A DNA stretch of 64,000 nucleotides from an uncultured Eubacteriales bacterium. Its GTDB lineage: Bacteria > Acidobacteriota > Aminicenantia > Aminicenantales > Saccharicenantaceae. The position numbers and the translations under genes were made by a program. Shown here piece by piece: positions 25,366 to 33,318 of this stretch. Location: NCBI GenBank assembly GCA_964523615.1, contig CAZFZU010000002.1, positions 33,682 to 97,681 on the forward strand, given 5' to 3'. Positions within the stretch are counted from its first letter, which is position 1; each line of letters begins with the position of its first letter. The notes beneath the pieces are model-generated. The model saw only the letters and a program-made list of their open reading frames with translations. It did no database searches and was not told where the DNA came from.

Positions 25366-27983
25366 TCGAATTTGCCGGGCACGGCCCGCTCGGGGTTGAC
25401 GACGACGCGGTCCGGCTTGCGCGGCAGGACCAGGGAGAAGCGCTCGACCGTCTCGTCGACGACGACCAGGTGCCGGCGCGTCTCGGTCCCTCGGCGCGTC
25501 TCGATCCAGAGGGGGAAGACGAACGTCCCGGCGAGCTGGGTGACCCGGAAGTCGACGCGGACGCCCTCCGGGACGGTCGTCTCCGTCCAGGACGTCCGGA
25601 CGTCGGGCAGCCGCCAGTCCTCGAACCAGCCGGCGAAGAAGGGGCGCAGGTCGCGGCCCGAGGCCGACTCCATGGCCGCGACGAAGTCGGCCGTGCGGGC
25701 CGGGCCGAACTTCTTCCTCTCGAAGAACGCCCGCAGCCCGGCCTCGAAGGCCTCCCGGCCGAGGAGGTCCTGGAGCATGAACAGGGCCAGGGCGGCCTTG
25801 TCGTAGACGACGGCCTGGTAGGCCTCGTAATCGAAGTAGCTCAGCCGCGAGCCCATCAGGATGGGGCCGCGGCCGGACTTGCGGGCCGTCCAGCGGGAGA
25901 ACTTCCGCAGGATGGCCGCGTAGGCCGCCTCCCCGTAGCGGTGGCGCAGGTAGGACGCCGAGGCGAACTGGGCCAGGCCTTCGCTCAGCCACTGGTCCTT
26001 GTGCGTGCCGAACGACACGCCCTGCCCCCACCACTGGTGGGCGATCTCGTGGGCCAAAAAGTACTCGTCCCAGCCCGAGAGGTCGACGGGCGTGTCGACA
26101 GGCGAGGGGAAGCCCGAGTCGCCGAACCAGGGCAGGTCGTTGATGACGATGAACGAGGCCGGGCTGTGCCCGCCGGCGGCCGGCCACAGCCGGAGGACGA
26201 CGCCCAGCTTCTCGTAGGGGTAGGGGCCGAAGGCCCGGCCGTAGAAATCCAGGATGTCGGCGGCTTGGTCGAGCAGGCCGGGCCGGGTGTCCATGACCTC
26301 GGTCGAGACGAAGGCGGACAGGGGCACGGCCCCGGGCCGCTTCCGTTCCGGGCCGAACTTGCCGACGATGAACGACATGTACTTCAGGGGCGCCCGGGAG
26401 ACGAAGGTGAAGACGGAGCTGCCGGCCTTCTCGATGGCCACGGCGTCGTCCAGGTCCTCGCGCCGGCCCCGGGCGACGAGTTCGCCGTTGGCCACGCATT
26501 CGTAGCCGGGCGGGACGACCAGGGTCAGCCGGGCCAGGAAGTAGTCCTCCTCGATCGGGCCGGGATACCAGTGGCCGGCGTGGGAATAGAAGTAGGTCTC
26601 GTACCGGGGGCGGACGCGGATGCTGCCGCCTCCGGCCCCCGTCTGGGCGACGACGTCGGTCGTCGGGCTGGCCGGCTTCATAACGCCGCGGTAGAAGACC
26701 TCGACGGGCACCGGATCCCGCCCCGCGGGCGGCTCGACCAGATGGATGTAGAGCGTCCGGCGGACCCGGTCCTGGGTGTAGAACAGCTCCCGGTCCAGGG
26801 CGTCGGTGATCTTGAGGATCTCGAGGTCGGGATTGAAGCGGAGCTTGAGCGTGTCCAGGGCGTCGACCCGGGGCACGACCTCGATCCGGGCCCGGGCCGA
26901 GAGGTAGGAGCTGGACGGGGTGTAGCTCAGGTCGAGCGAATAGGTCGCGACGTCGAACTTCTCGTCGAAGGTCAGGACCATCCGCTTGAGCGGCGGGCCC
27001 TCGTCCGGCTCCCGCGGGGTGTAGAGGCAGACGATGCGCTCTTTAGCCTGGTCGTAGAGGCTGACCTCGTCGTCGGCGAAGGGCGAGAAGATGTAAGCCA
27101 TCTCGGCGCCCCGCCGGAGCTTGAAGCTCAGGCCGGCCTCGTCCCCCTGGGGCAGGAAGGACAGGAGGCCGCCGCCGATGGAGCTCTCGATGGTGAAGGC
27201 CCGGGGATAGTTGCGGGCGAAGACCGCGGCGGCCTTGTCCCGCTCGGCCGCGGAGACGTCCGGGCCCCCGGGCGCGGCCTCGATCCGGAGCCGCGAGGCG
27301 AAGAAGCTGGGGGAGCAGCGGACGTACAGGGATTCGATCTCGCTCTCGATGCGGTCCCGTTTGTAGAGGAGCTCGAGCTGATGCTTCTCGTTGGCGTCGC
27401 TGGGCGTGAAGGAGACCCGGCCCCGGCCGACGACGACGAGGGCGGTGTCGAGCCCGGGGATGTTGTCGTAAAAGACGGCGGCGTCCTCGAAGACGGCCCG
27501 GATATCGGCGTGGCCGATCTCCACCCGCCGGGCCCGCGCGGCCCGTTCGCCGGGGACGCGGACCTTGAACAGGCGGGTCGGGTTGCCCGTGACCTCGCGG
27601 CCGGACACCCGCCAGGCGCCGCCGCGGCGCTCGAGGGAGAGCGTCCAGGCCTCGATGAGGGCCGAGTAGTCGTTCTCGAAGTAGGCCTGGACGAAGGCCC
27701 GGGCGGCGTCCGCGCCGTCCGTCCGGACCCCGACCGTCCGCAGGATCAGCCCCGTCATGGCCAGCTCGCCCGAGTAAACATCCAAACGGGCGCTCTCGCC
27801 GGCCCTGTCCTCCTCGGGGAATCCCCCCAGATAGGCGGGGCGGTCGCCCGACTGCAGGGCGGCCCGGAGGCGCTCGACGAAGACGGCGGCGGACTCCGTG
27901 GGGTTATCCGCGACCGCCTGCCCCGAGACGGGGCCGGCCACCACGGTGAGGCTGAGGAGGATCCCGATGAGCGCTGTTCTCAC
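25362..27983 (-). CDS. M1-family zinc aminopeptidase-like protein with long N-terminal extension
   Basis: HEIAHQWWG followed by WLSEGLAQF (HExxH-x18-E). I chose the GTG at 27983 (VRTALIGILLSLTVVAGPVSG, a signal peptide), which is preceded by AAGGAG. Confidence 0.85.
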   Translation of the reverse strand: MRTALIGILLSLTVVAGPVSGQAVADNPTESAAVFVERLRAALQSGDRPAYLGGFPEEDRAGESARLDVYSGELAMTGLILRTVGVRTDGADAARAFVQAYFENDYSALIEAWTLSLERRGGAWRVSGREVTGNPTRLFKVRVPGERAARARRVEIGHADIRAVFEDAAVFYDNIPGLDTALVVVGRGRVSFTPSDANEKHQLELLYKRDRIESEIESLYVRCSPSFFASRLRIEAAPGGPDVSAAERDKAAAVFARNYPRAFTIESSIGGGLLSFLPQGDEAGLSFKLRRGAEMAYIFSPFADDEVSLYDQAKERIVCLYTPREPDEGPPLKRMVLTFDEKFDVATYSLDLSYTPSSSYLSARARIEVVPRVDALDTLKLRFNPDLEILKITDALDRELFYTQDRVRRTLYIHLVEPPAGRDPVPVEVFYRGVMKPASPTTDVVAQTGAGGGSIRVRPRYETYFYSHAGHWYPGPIEEDYFLARLTLVVPPGYECVANGELVARGRREDLDDAVAIEKAGSSVFTFVSRAPLKYMSFIVGKFGPERKRPGAVPLSAFVSTEVMDTRPGLLDQAADILDFYGRAFGPYPYEKLGVVLRLWPAAGGHSPASFIVINDLPWFGDSGFPSPVDTPVDLSGWDEYFLAHEIAHQWWGQGVSFGTHKDQWLSEGLAQFASASYLRHRYGEAAYAAILRKFSRWTARKSGRGPILMGSRLSYFDYEAYQAVVYDKAALALFMLQDLLGREAFEAGLRAFFERKKFGPARTADFVAAMESASGRDLRPFFAGWFEDWRLPDVRTSWTETTVPEGVRVDFRVTQLAGTFVFPLWIETRRGTETRRHLVVVDETVERFSLVLPRKPDRVVVNPERAVPGKFD

Positions 27984-28028
27984 GGCTCTCCTTATTATAG
28001 CATCACGATCATCCCTGCCCCCGTTAAA

Positions 28029-28043
28029 GCCGATTTCATGCCA
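28029..28043 (-). promoter_or_regulatory. Possible sigma54 (-24/-12) promoter for the M1 peptidase gene
   Basis: The minus strand reads TGGCATGAAATCGGC. GG and GC are separated by exactly 10 nt as in TGGCAC-N5-TTGC, but the -12 region is CGGC rather than TTGC. It lies 46 nt upstream of the GTG. Confidence 0.3.
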
Positions 28044-28126
28044 AGGGCCGGCGCCGGTCGTCCCTGTCGGAAGGACGGACGGAGAGCGTCGGGGCAAGGG
28101 TGTAAAATTGCTTTACGCCGGGATGA

Positions 28127-28432
28127 TCAGGTCTTGAGACGCCGGCCCAGGACGGCCTCGACGTCGCGGACCTTGCCCTCGATGCGGCCGGCGGCCGACG
28201 GCCGGTCGTCGATGGCGATGTGGGTCAGGACGCGGGTCTTCTCGCCGCGCACGGTCTCGTGGCACAGCCGGACCAGGCCGAGGACCTCGTCCCAGCTCCC
28301 CTCGACGATGGTCCCCATGGCCGTCAGCCGGTAGGGCAGGCCCGAGCGGTCGACGAGGTCGAGGATGCGGGCGATCGGCCCGGCCAGCTCCTCCGCCCCG
28401 CCGACGGGAACGACGCTGAACTCGACGACCAC
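28127..28432 (-). CDS. MTH1187/YkoF-family (UPF0045) thiamine-binding-like protein
   Basis: 101 aa. The segment MVVEFSVVPVG....L...IARILDLVDRSGLPYRLTAMGTIVEGSWDEVLGLVRLCHE matches the family pattern. Confidence 0.75.
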   Translation of the reverse strand: MVVEFSVVPVGGAEELAGPIARILDLVDRSGLPYRLTAMGTIVEGSWDEVLGLVRLCHETVRGEKTRVLTHIAIDDRPSAAGRIEGKVRDVEAVLGRRLKT

Positions 28433-28441
28433 GGACGGCCC

Positions 28442-28897
28442 CTAGTCCTTGTCCTTGTCGCGGTCCTTCTTCGGACCGGGCTTCTTGAGCCGCTCCTCCC
28501 AGGTGATGAAGCTGTGGTAGAAGACGGCGTCCCCCTCGTCGATGCCGCGGGTGATCTCGGTGATGTGCGAGGTCTCGGCCCCGAACTCCTCGATGGCGTA
28601 GATGACGGCCTTGTCGGGCTTGGTCGTGGCCCCGCAGGTGTAGATGTCCAGGGCGGCGTAGCCCTGTTCCGGCCAGGTGTGGGTCGAGATGTGCGACTCG
28701 GAGATGACGACGACCCCGCTGACCCCGGCGGGGGGGAACTTGCTGAAGGAGATGGACCAGACGTGGGCGCCGGCGATCTCGGCGGCCCGGACGAGGATCT
28801 GCTGGACCTTCTCGACGCTGCCGATGATCTTGGGGTCGCAGCCCGAGGCCTCGACGATGTAATGGCGGCCGACGGGGGAATGAGCTGTCTTGACCAT
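28442..28897 (-). CDS. speH: S-adenosylmethionine decarboxylase proenzyme (pyruvoyl, class 1)
   Basis: Self-cleavage motif VVVISESHISTHTWPE, followed by DIYTCG. Confidence 0.9.
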   Translation of the reverse strand: MVKTAHSPVGRHYIVEASGCDPKIIGSVEKVQQILVRAAEIAGAHVWSISFSKFPPAGVSGVVVISESHISTHTWPEQGYAALDIYTCGATTKPDKAVIYAIEEFGAETSHITEITRGIDEGDAVFYHSFITWEERLKKPGPKKDRDKDKD

Positions 28898-28928
28898 CGC
28901 CTTCTCCTTCGCGCGTAACGGGAGTCCG

Positions 28929-28956
28929 ATTATGGCACAACCGGCGATTCTGTCAA
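28929..28956 (-). promoter_or_regulatory. sigma70-like promoter for speH
   Basis: On the minus strand: TTGACA (28956-28951), 16-nt spacer, CATAAT (28934-28929). GAAGGAGAAGG lies in front of the ATG. Confidence 0.55.
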
Positions 28957-28969
28957 GAACGGGAACGGC

Positions 28970-29413
28970 TCAGAGGGGCAGGCGGGGCTCCTCCTTGACC
29001 ACGTTGAGGACCAGGTGGGTGACGGTCCGGTCGACGTGCGGGATGGCCAGGAGGCCCTTGACGAAGCCGTTGAGGTCCTCGCGCCCGGTGAAACGGCCGA
29101 CGATGAAGGCGTCCCAGTCGCCGGTGACGTCGTAGACGGCGGCCACGTGGGGGTCCTGGGCGATCCGCTTCTGGGTCTCGATGAGCCGGCCCTTGGAGAT
29201 GCGCACGGCGACGACGGCGGCCAGGCCGAAGCCGAAGTGCTCCGGGTCGACGACGGGGACGTAGCCCCGGATGGCCCCGGCGGCCTCGAGCTTCTTGACC
29301 GTGTGGATGACCGCCGTGACCGAGGTGCCGACCTCCTTGGCCACCTCGCGGAAGCTCTTGCGGGCGTTGGCGTTGAGGACCCGGATGATCTTCCTGTCCA
29401 GCTCGTCGATCAT
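28970..29413 (-). CDS. Lrp/AsnC-family transcriptional regulator
   Basis: HTH region MIDELDRKIIRVLNANARKSFREVAKEVGTSVTAVIHTVKKLEAAGAI plus a RAM/ACT-like C-terminal domain. The ATG at 29413 is preceded by GGAGG. Confidence 0.85.
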   Translation of the reverse strand: MIDELDRKIIRVLNANARKSFREVAKEVGTSVTAVIHTVKKLEAAGAIRGYVPVVDPEHFGFGLAAVVAVRISKGRLIETQKRIAQDPHVAAVYDVTGDWDAFIVGRFTGREDLNGFVKGLLAIPHVDRTVTHLVLNVVKEEPRLPL

Positions 29414-29483
29414 GGGCGGCGCCTCCAATTATCCTATTTATTACAACAATTAGTTCCATATGTAAATATATTTTTTTTATATA

Positions 29484-29512
29484 TTGACAATCGTCGTCTT
29501 TTGGTCTTAATT
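29484..29512 (+). promoter_or_regulatory. sigma70-like promoter for glnA in an AT-rich divergent control region
   Basis: TTGACA (29484-29489), 17-nt spacer, TTAATT (29507-29512). The 130-bp gap (29414-29559) is the most AT-rich stretch of the window. Confidence 0.5.
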
Positions 29513-29559
29513 ATCTGACATCATAGCGTGCCCGGCCGCCCGGGCGGCGAGGAGGGACC

Positions 29560-30969
29560 ATGGCCCCAGAGGCGAGAACCAAGACCTTCAAGGCGTTCGG
29601 GACGAGGGACGAGAAGGACGTCCTGGCCGTCATCCGCGACCCGGCCAACGAGATCCCCTTCGTCCGGCTGATCTTCCCCGACATCCTGGGCCGGCAGATG
29701 GACTTCACCATCCCGGCTTCGGAGCTCGAGGCCGCCTTCAACGAGGGCAAGGGCTTCGACGGCTCCTCCATCGCCGGCTTCGTCCGCATCGAGGAGTCCG
29801 ACCTCGTCATCAAGCCCGATCCCCGGACCTTCCGGGTCCTGCCCTGGACCTACCAGGGCTTCTCCCCCGACGTCCGCTGGCGCGAGGCCGTCATGTTCGG
29901 CGACATCCTGACGCCCGGCGGCTCGGTCTACGCCGGAGACAGCCGGGCCGCCCTGAAGCGGGTCCTGGGCCGGGCCCGCCGGGAGATGGGCGTCGACGAC
30001 CTCAAATGCGGGCCCGAGCTCGAGTTCTTCATCTTCCCCTCGAGCGAGGCCCCGGTCCCGACCGACACCGGCGGATACTTCTTCAGCGGCCGCCACGGCG
30101 AGGTCCGCAAGGAGATCCAGCTCCTCCTCCACCGCATGGGCATCGCCACGGAGTACGACCACCACGAGGCCGCCCACAGCCAGCACGAGATCGACCTCCG
30201 TTACCTCGACGCCGTCGATATGGCCGACACGGCCATGATCTTCCGCTACATGGTCAAGAAGGTCTGCCGCATGCACGGCCTTTACGCGACGTTCATGCCC
30301 AAACCCGTCAACGGCCAGAACGGCAGCGGCATGCACGTCCACCAATCCCTCTGGCGGGGGGGCCGGAACCTGTTCTTCGACAAGAACGGGCCGTACCACC
30401 TGTCGCTCCTGGCCCAGCGCTACATGGCCGGACTGATGACCCACGCCCGGGAGATCTCGGCCGTCCTCAGCCAATGGGTCAACTCCTACAAGCGCCTCAT
30501 CGAGGGCTACGAGGCCCCCGTCTACGTCGCCTGGGGCCAGAAGAACCGCTCGGCCTACATCCGCGTCCCCGAGTACCAGCCGGGCAAGGAGCGGGCCACG
30601 CGCATCGAGCTCCGGGCCGCCGACCCGGCCTGCAACATCTATCTGGCCTTCGCGGTCATGCTGGCCGCCGGGGCCGAGGGCATTCGGAAAAAGTACGAGC
30701 TCGTCGACCCGGTCGAAGAGAACATCTACCGCATGAGCGGCTCCCGGCAGAAGAAGTTCGAGATCCGGGTCCTGCCCCGCGACCTCGAAGAAGCCGTCCG
30801 GGTCATGGAGAAGAGCGCCGTGGTCAAGGAGGCGCTGGGGGACCACATCTTCGACACGCTCGTCGCCAACAAGCTCAAAGAGGTCGAAGAGTACGCCCGC
30901 AACGTCTCGGGCGAGTTCGAGAAGCAGGTCAGCGACCACGAGATCCGCCGCTACCTGCCCGTGCTCTGA
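29560..30969 (+). CDS. glnA: Glutamine synthetase type I
   Basis: Motifs DGSSIAGF, GSGMHVHQSLW and NRSAYIRVP. 469 aa. Confidence 0.92.
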   Translation: MAPEARTKTFKAFGTRDEKDVLAVIRDPANEIPFVRLIFPDILGRQMDFTIPASELEAAFNEGKGFDGSSIAGFVRIEESDLVIKPDPRTFRVLPWTYQGFSPDVRWREAVMFGDILTPGGSVYAGDSRAALKRVLGRARREMGVDDLKCGPELEFFIFPSSEAPVPTDTGGYFFSGRHGEVRKEIQLLLHRMGIATEYDHHEAAHSQHEIDLRYLDAVDMADTAMIFRYMVKKVCRMHGLYATFMPKPVNGQNGSGMHVHQSLWRGGRNLFFDKNGPYHLSLLAQRYMAGLMTHAREISAVLSQWVNSYKRLIEGYEAPVYVAWGQKNRSAYIRVPEYQPGKERATRIELRAADPACNIYLAFAVMLAAGAEGIRKKYELVDPVEENIYRMSGSRQKKFEIRVLPRDLEEAVRVMEKSAVVKEALGDHIFDTLVANKLKEVEEYARNVSGEFEKQVSDHEIRRYLPVL

Positions 30970-31018
30970 AGCCCGGCGCCGCCTTGCGCCCGGCGGACCG
31001 AAAGCATAAAATGCCGCC

Positions 31019-31492
31019 GTGCGGCCAAACGCGAGCGAACTCGAGGCCCTGACCGGCGCGGTCCGGGGGCAGAGACGGGCCCTGATCCGCGTCCTCCAGG
31101 AGATCCAGGAGCGCTCCGGCTGGCTCCCCCCCGAAGCCCTCGAGCACGTCTCCGCCGCGCTCGGCGTACCGCTGGCCCGCGTCTATGGCGTGGCTACCTT
31201 CTACCGCTCTTTTCGCCTCGCGCCCCGGGGCCGGCACACCTGCACGGTCTGTCTGGGCACGGCCTGCCACGTCCGGGGAGCCGCGGCCGTCCTGGAGCAG
31301 CTCGAGCGGACGCTCGGCGTCCCCGCGGGCGGGACGACGGCGGACGGGCGCTTCACCCTCGAGCGGGTCAACTGTCTTGGCGCCTGCGCCTTGGCTCCCC
31401 TGGCCGTCGTCGACGGGCGTTTCCACGGCCGAATGACCGAGGCCAAAGCCGTGGCCATGCTGGACGCCGTCGAAGAGGACGAGGCCGCTTGA
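31019..31492 (+). CDS. NuoE/HydC-like [2Fe-2S] thioredoxin-fold subunit
   Basis: Motifs CTVCLGTACHVRG and VNCLGACALAP. GTG start. Confidence 0.85.
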   Translation: MRPNASELEALTGAVRGQRRALIRVLQEIQERSGWLPPEALEHVSAALGVPLARVYGVATFYRSFRLAPRGRHTCTVCLGTACHVRGAAAVLEQLERTLGVPAGGTTADGRFTLERVNCLGACALAPLAVVDGRFHGRMTEAKAVAMLDAVEEDEAA

Positions 31493-33318
31493 CGACCGCC
31501 CGGGCCCACATCCTCGTCTGCGCCGGGACGGGTTGCGTCTCCGGCGGCTCTTTCGAGGTCCGCCGCGCCCTCGAGGCCGAGGTCCGCCGCCGCGGGCTCG
31601 AAGGCCAGGTCGAGGTCGTCGCCACGGGCTGCCAGGGCTTCTGCGAGCGGGGTCCGGTCGTCCTCGTCCGGCCCGACGGCGTCTTCTACCAGCGCCTGGC
31701 CCCGGCCGACGTCCCCGAGCTCGTCGAGGAGCACTTCGTCAAAGGCCGTCCGGTCCGGCGGCTGATGTACACGCCGCCCGGGGAGGCCGAGCCGGTCCCC
31801 CTGATGAAGGACATCGGGTTCTTCAAGCACCAGCGGCTCGTCGTCCTGCGCAACCGGGGGCGCATCGACCCGGAGCGGATCGACGAGGCCATCGCCGCGG
31901 ACGGCTACGCCGCCGCGGCCAAAGCCCTGTCCGAAATGACCCCGGACGGCATCATCGCCGAGATCGCGGCCGCGGGCCTGCGCGGCCGGGGCGGGGCGGG
32001 CTTTCCCACCGGCATCAAGTGGCAGGCCACGCGCCGCGCCCCGGGCGACCCCAAATATGTCGTCTGCAACGGCGACGAGGGGGATCCCGGGGCTTTCATG
32101 GACCGCTCCGTGCTCGAGTCCGATCCCCACGCCGTCATCGAGGGCATGATCATCGGAGCCCGGGCCGTCGGCGCCTCCCACGGCTTCCTCTATATCCGCA
32201 ACGAGTATCCTTTGGCCGTCGAGCGCGTCGGACGGGCCCTCGACCAGGCCCGGGCCTACGGTCTCCTGGGCACGGACATCCTCGGCACGGGCTTCGACTT
32301 CGACCTCGAGATCGTCCGCGGCGCCGGGGCCTTCGTTTCGGGCGAGGAGACGGCCCTGATGGCCTCCATCGAGGGCGGCCGGGCCTACCCCCGCCAACGT
32401 CCGCCCTATCCCGCCCAGCGGGGCCTCTGGGGCCTGCCCACGGTCATCAACAACGTCGAGACCTGGGCCAACGTGCCCTCGATCGTCCGCCGCGGGGCGG
32501 CTTGGTTCGCCGGCCTCGGCACGGCCGGGAGCAAGGGCACGAAGATCTTCTCGCTCGTCGGCAAGATCGCCCACACGGGGCTGGTCGAGGTCCCGATGGG
32601 CATCACCTTGCGGGAGATCGTCTACGGCATCGGCGGCGGCGTTCCCGGCGGGCGGGACTTCAAAGCCGTCCAGATCGGCGGGCCTTCCGGCGGCTGCGTT
32701 CCCAAGGCCCTGCTCGACCTGCCCGTCGATTACGAGAGCCTGAAGGCGGCCGGGAGCATGATGGGCTCGGGCGGCATGATCGTCATGGACGAGGACACCT
32801 GCATGGTGGACATCGCCCTGTACTTCCTCCGCTTCGCCGAGGAGGAATCCTGCGGCAAGTGCTCCCCCTGCCGGGTCGGGACGGGCGAGATGGCCCGCCT
32901 CCTGGCCAAGATCACGTCCGGCCGCGGCGAGCCGGCCGACATCGCCCGCCTCGAGGACCTGGCCGGCACGGTCCGGCGGGGCTCCCTCTGCGGGCTCGGC
33001 CAGACGGCGCCCAACCCCGTCCTGACGACCCTGCGCTATTTCCGCGACGAGTACGAGGCCCACGTCCGCGACAAGCGCTGCCCGGCCCTCGTCTGCAAGG
33101 ACCTCATCGCCTTCGCCATCGACCCGGCCAAGTGCGTCGGCTGCCTCCTCTGCAAGAAGGCCTGCCCGGCGGGGGCCATCGCCGGGGAGCTCAAGAAGAC
33201 CCACGTCATCGACGAGGCCGCCTGCATCAAGTGCGGCCTGTGCCTGTCCGTCTGCCCGGCCAAGGTCAGGGCCGTCGTCAAGACCTCGCCGGATCCCGGC
33301 ACCGGAGCGGGACGATGA
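31489..33318 (+). CDS. NuoF/HydB-like NAD(H)-binding flavoprotein with extra N-terminal [2Fe-2S] and C-terminal 2x[4Fe-4S] domains
   Basis: N-terminal ILVCAGTGC...GCQGFCERGP. FMN/NADH site GLRGRGGAGFPTGIKW. N3 cluster ESCGKCSPCRVG. C-terminal CVGCLLCKKACP and CIKCGLCLSVCP. The TTG start overlaps the upstream stop codon (TTGA). Confidence 0.9.
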   Translation: MTTARAHILVCAGTGCVSGGSFEVRRALEAEVRRRGLEGQVEVVATGCQGFCERGPVVLVRPDGVFYQRLAPADVPELVEEHFVKGRPVRRLMYTPPGEAEPVPLMKDIGFFKHQRLVVLRNRGRIDPERIDEAIAADGYAAAAKALSEMTPDGIIAEIAAAGLRGRGGAGFPTGIKWQATRRAPGDPKYVVCNGDEGDPGAFMDRSVLESDPHAVIEGMIIGARAVGASHGFLYIRNEYPLAVERVGRALDQARAYGLLGTDILGTGFDFDLEIVRGAGAFVSGEETALMASIEGGRAYPRQRPPYPAQRGLWGLPTVINNVETWANVPSIVRRGAAWFAGLGTAGSKGTKIFSLVGKIAHTGLVEVPMGITLREIVYGIGGGVPGGRDFKAVQIGGPSGGCVPKALLDLPVDYESLKAAGSMMGSGGMIVMDEDTCMVDIALYFLRFAEEESCGKCSPCRVGTGEMARLLAKITSGRGEPADIARLEDLAGTVRRGSLCGLGQTAPNPVLTTLRYFRDEYEAHVRDKRCPALVCKDLIAFAIDPAKCVGCLLCKKACPAGAIAGELKKTHVIDEAACIKCGLCLSVCPAKVRAVVKTSPDPGTGAGR

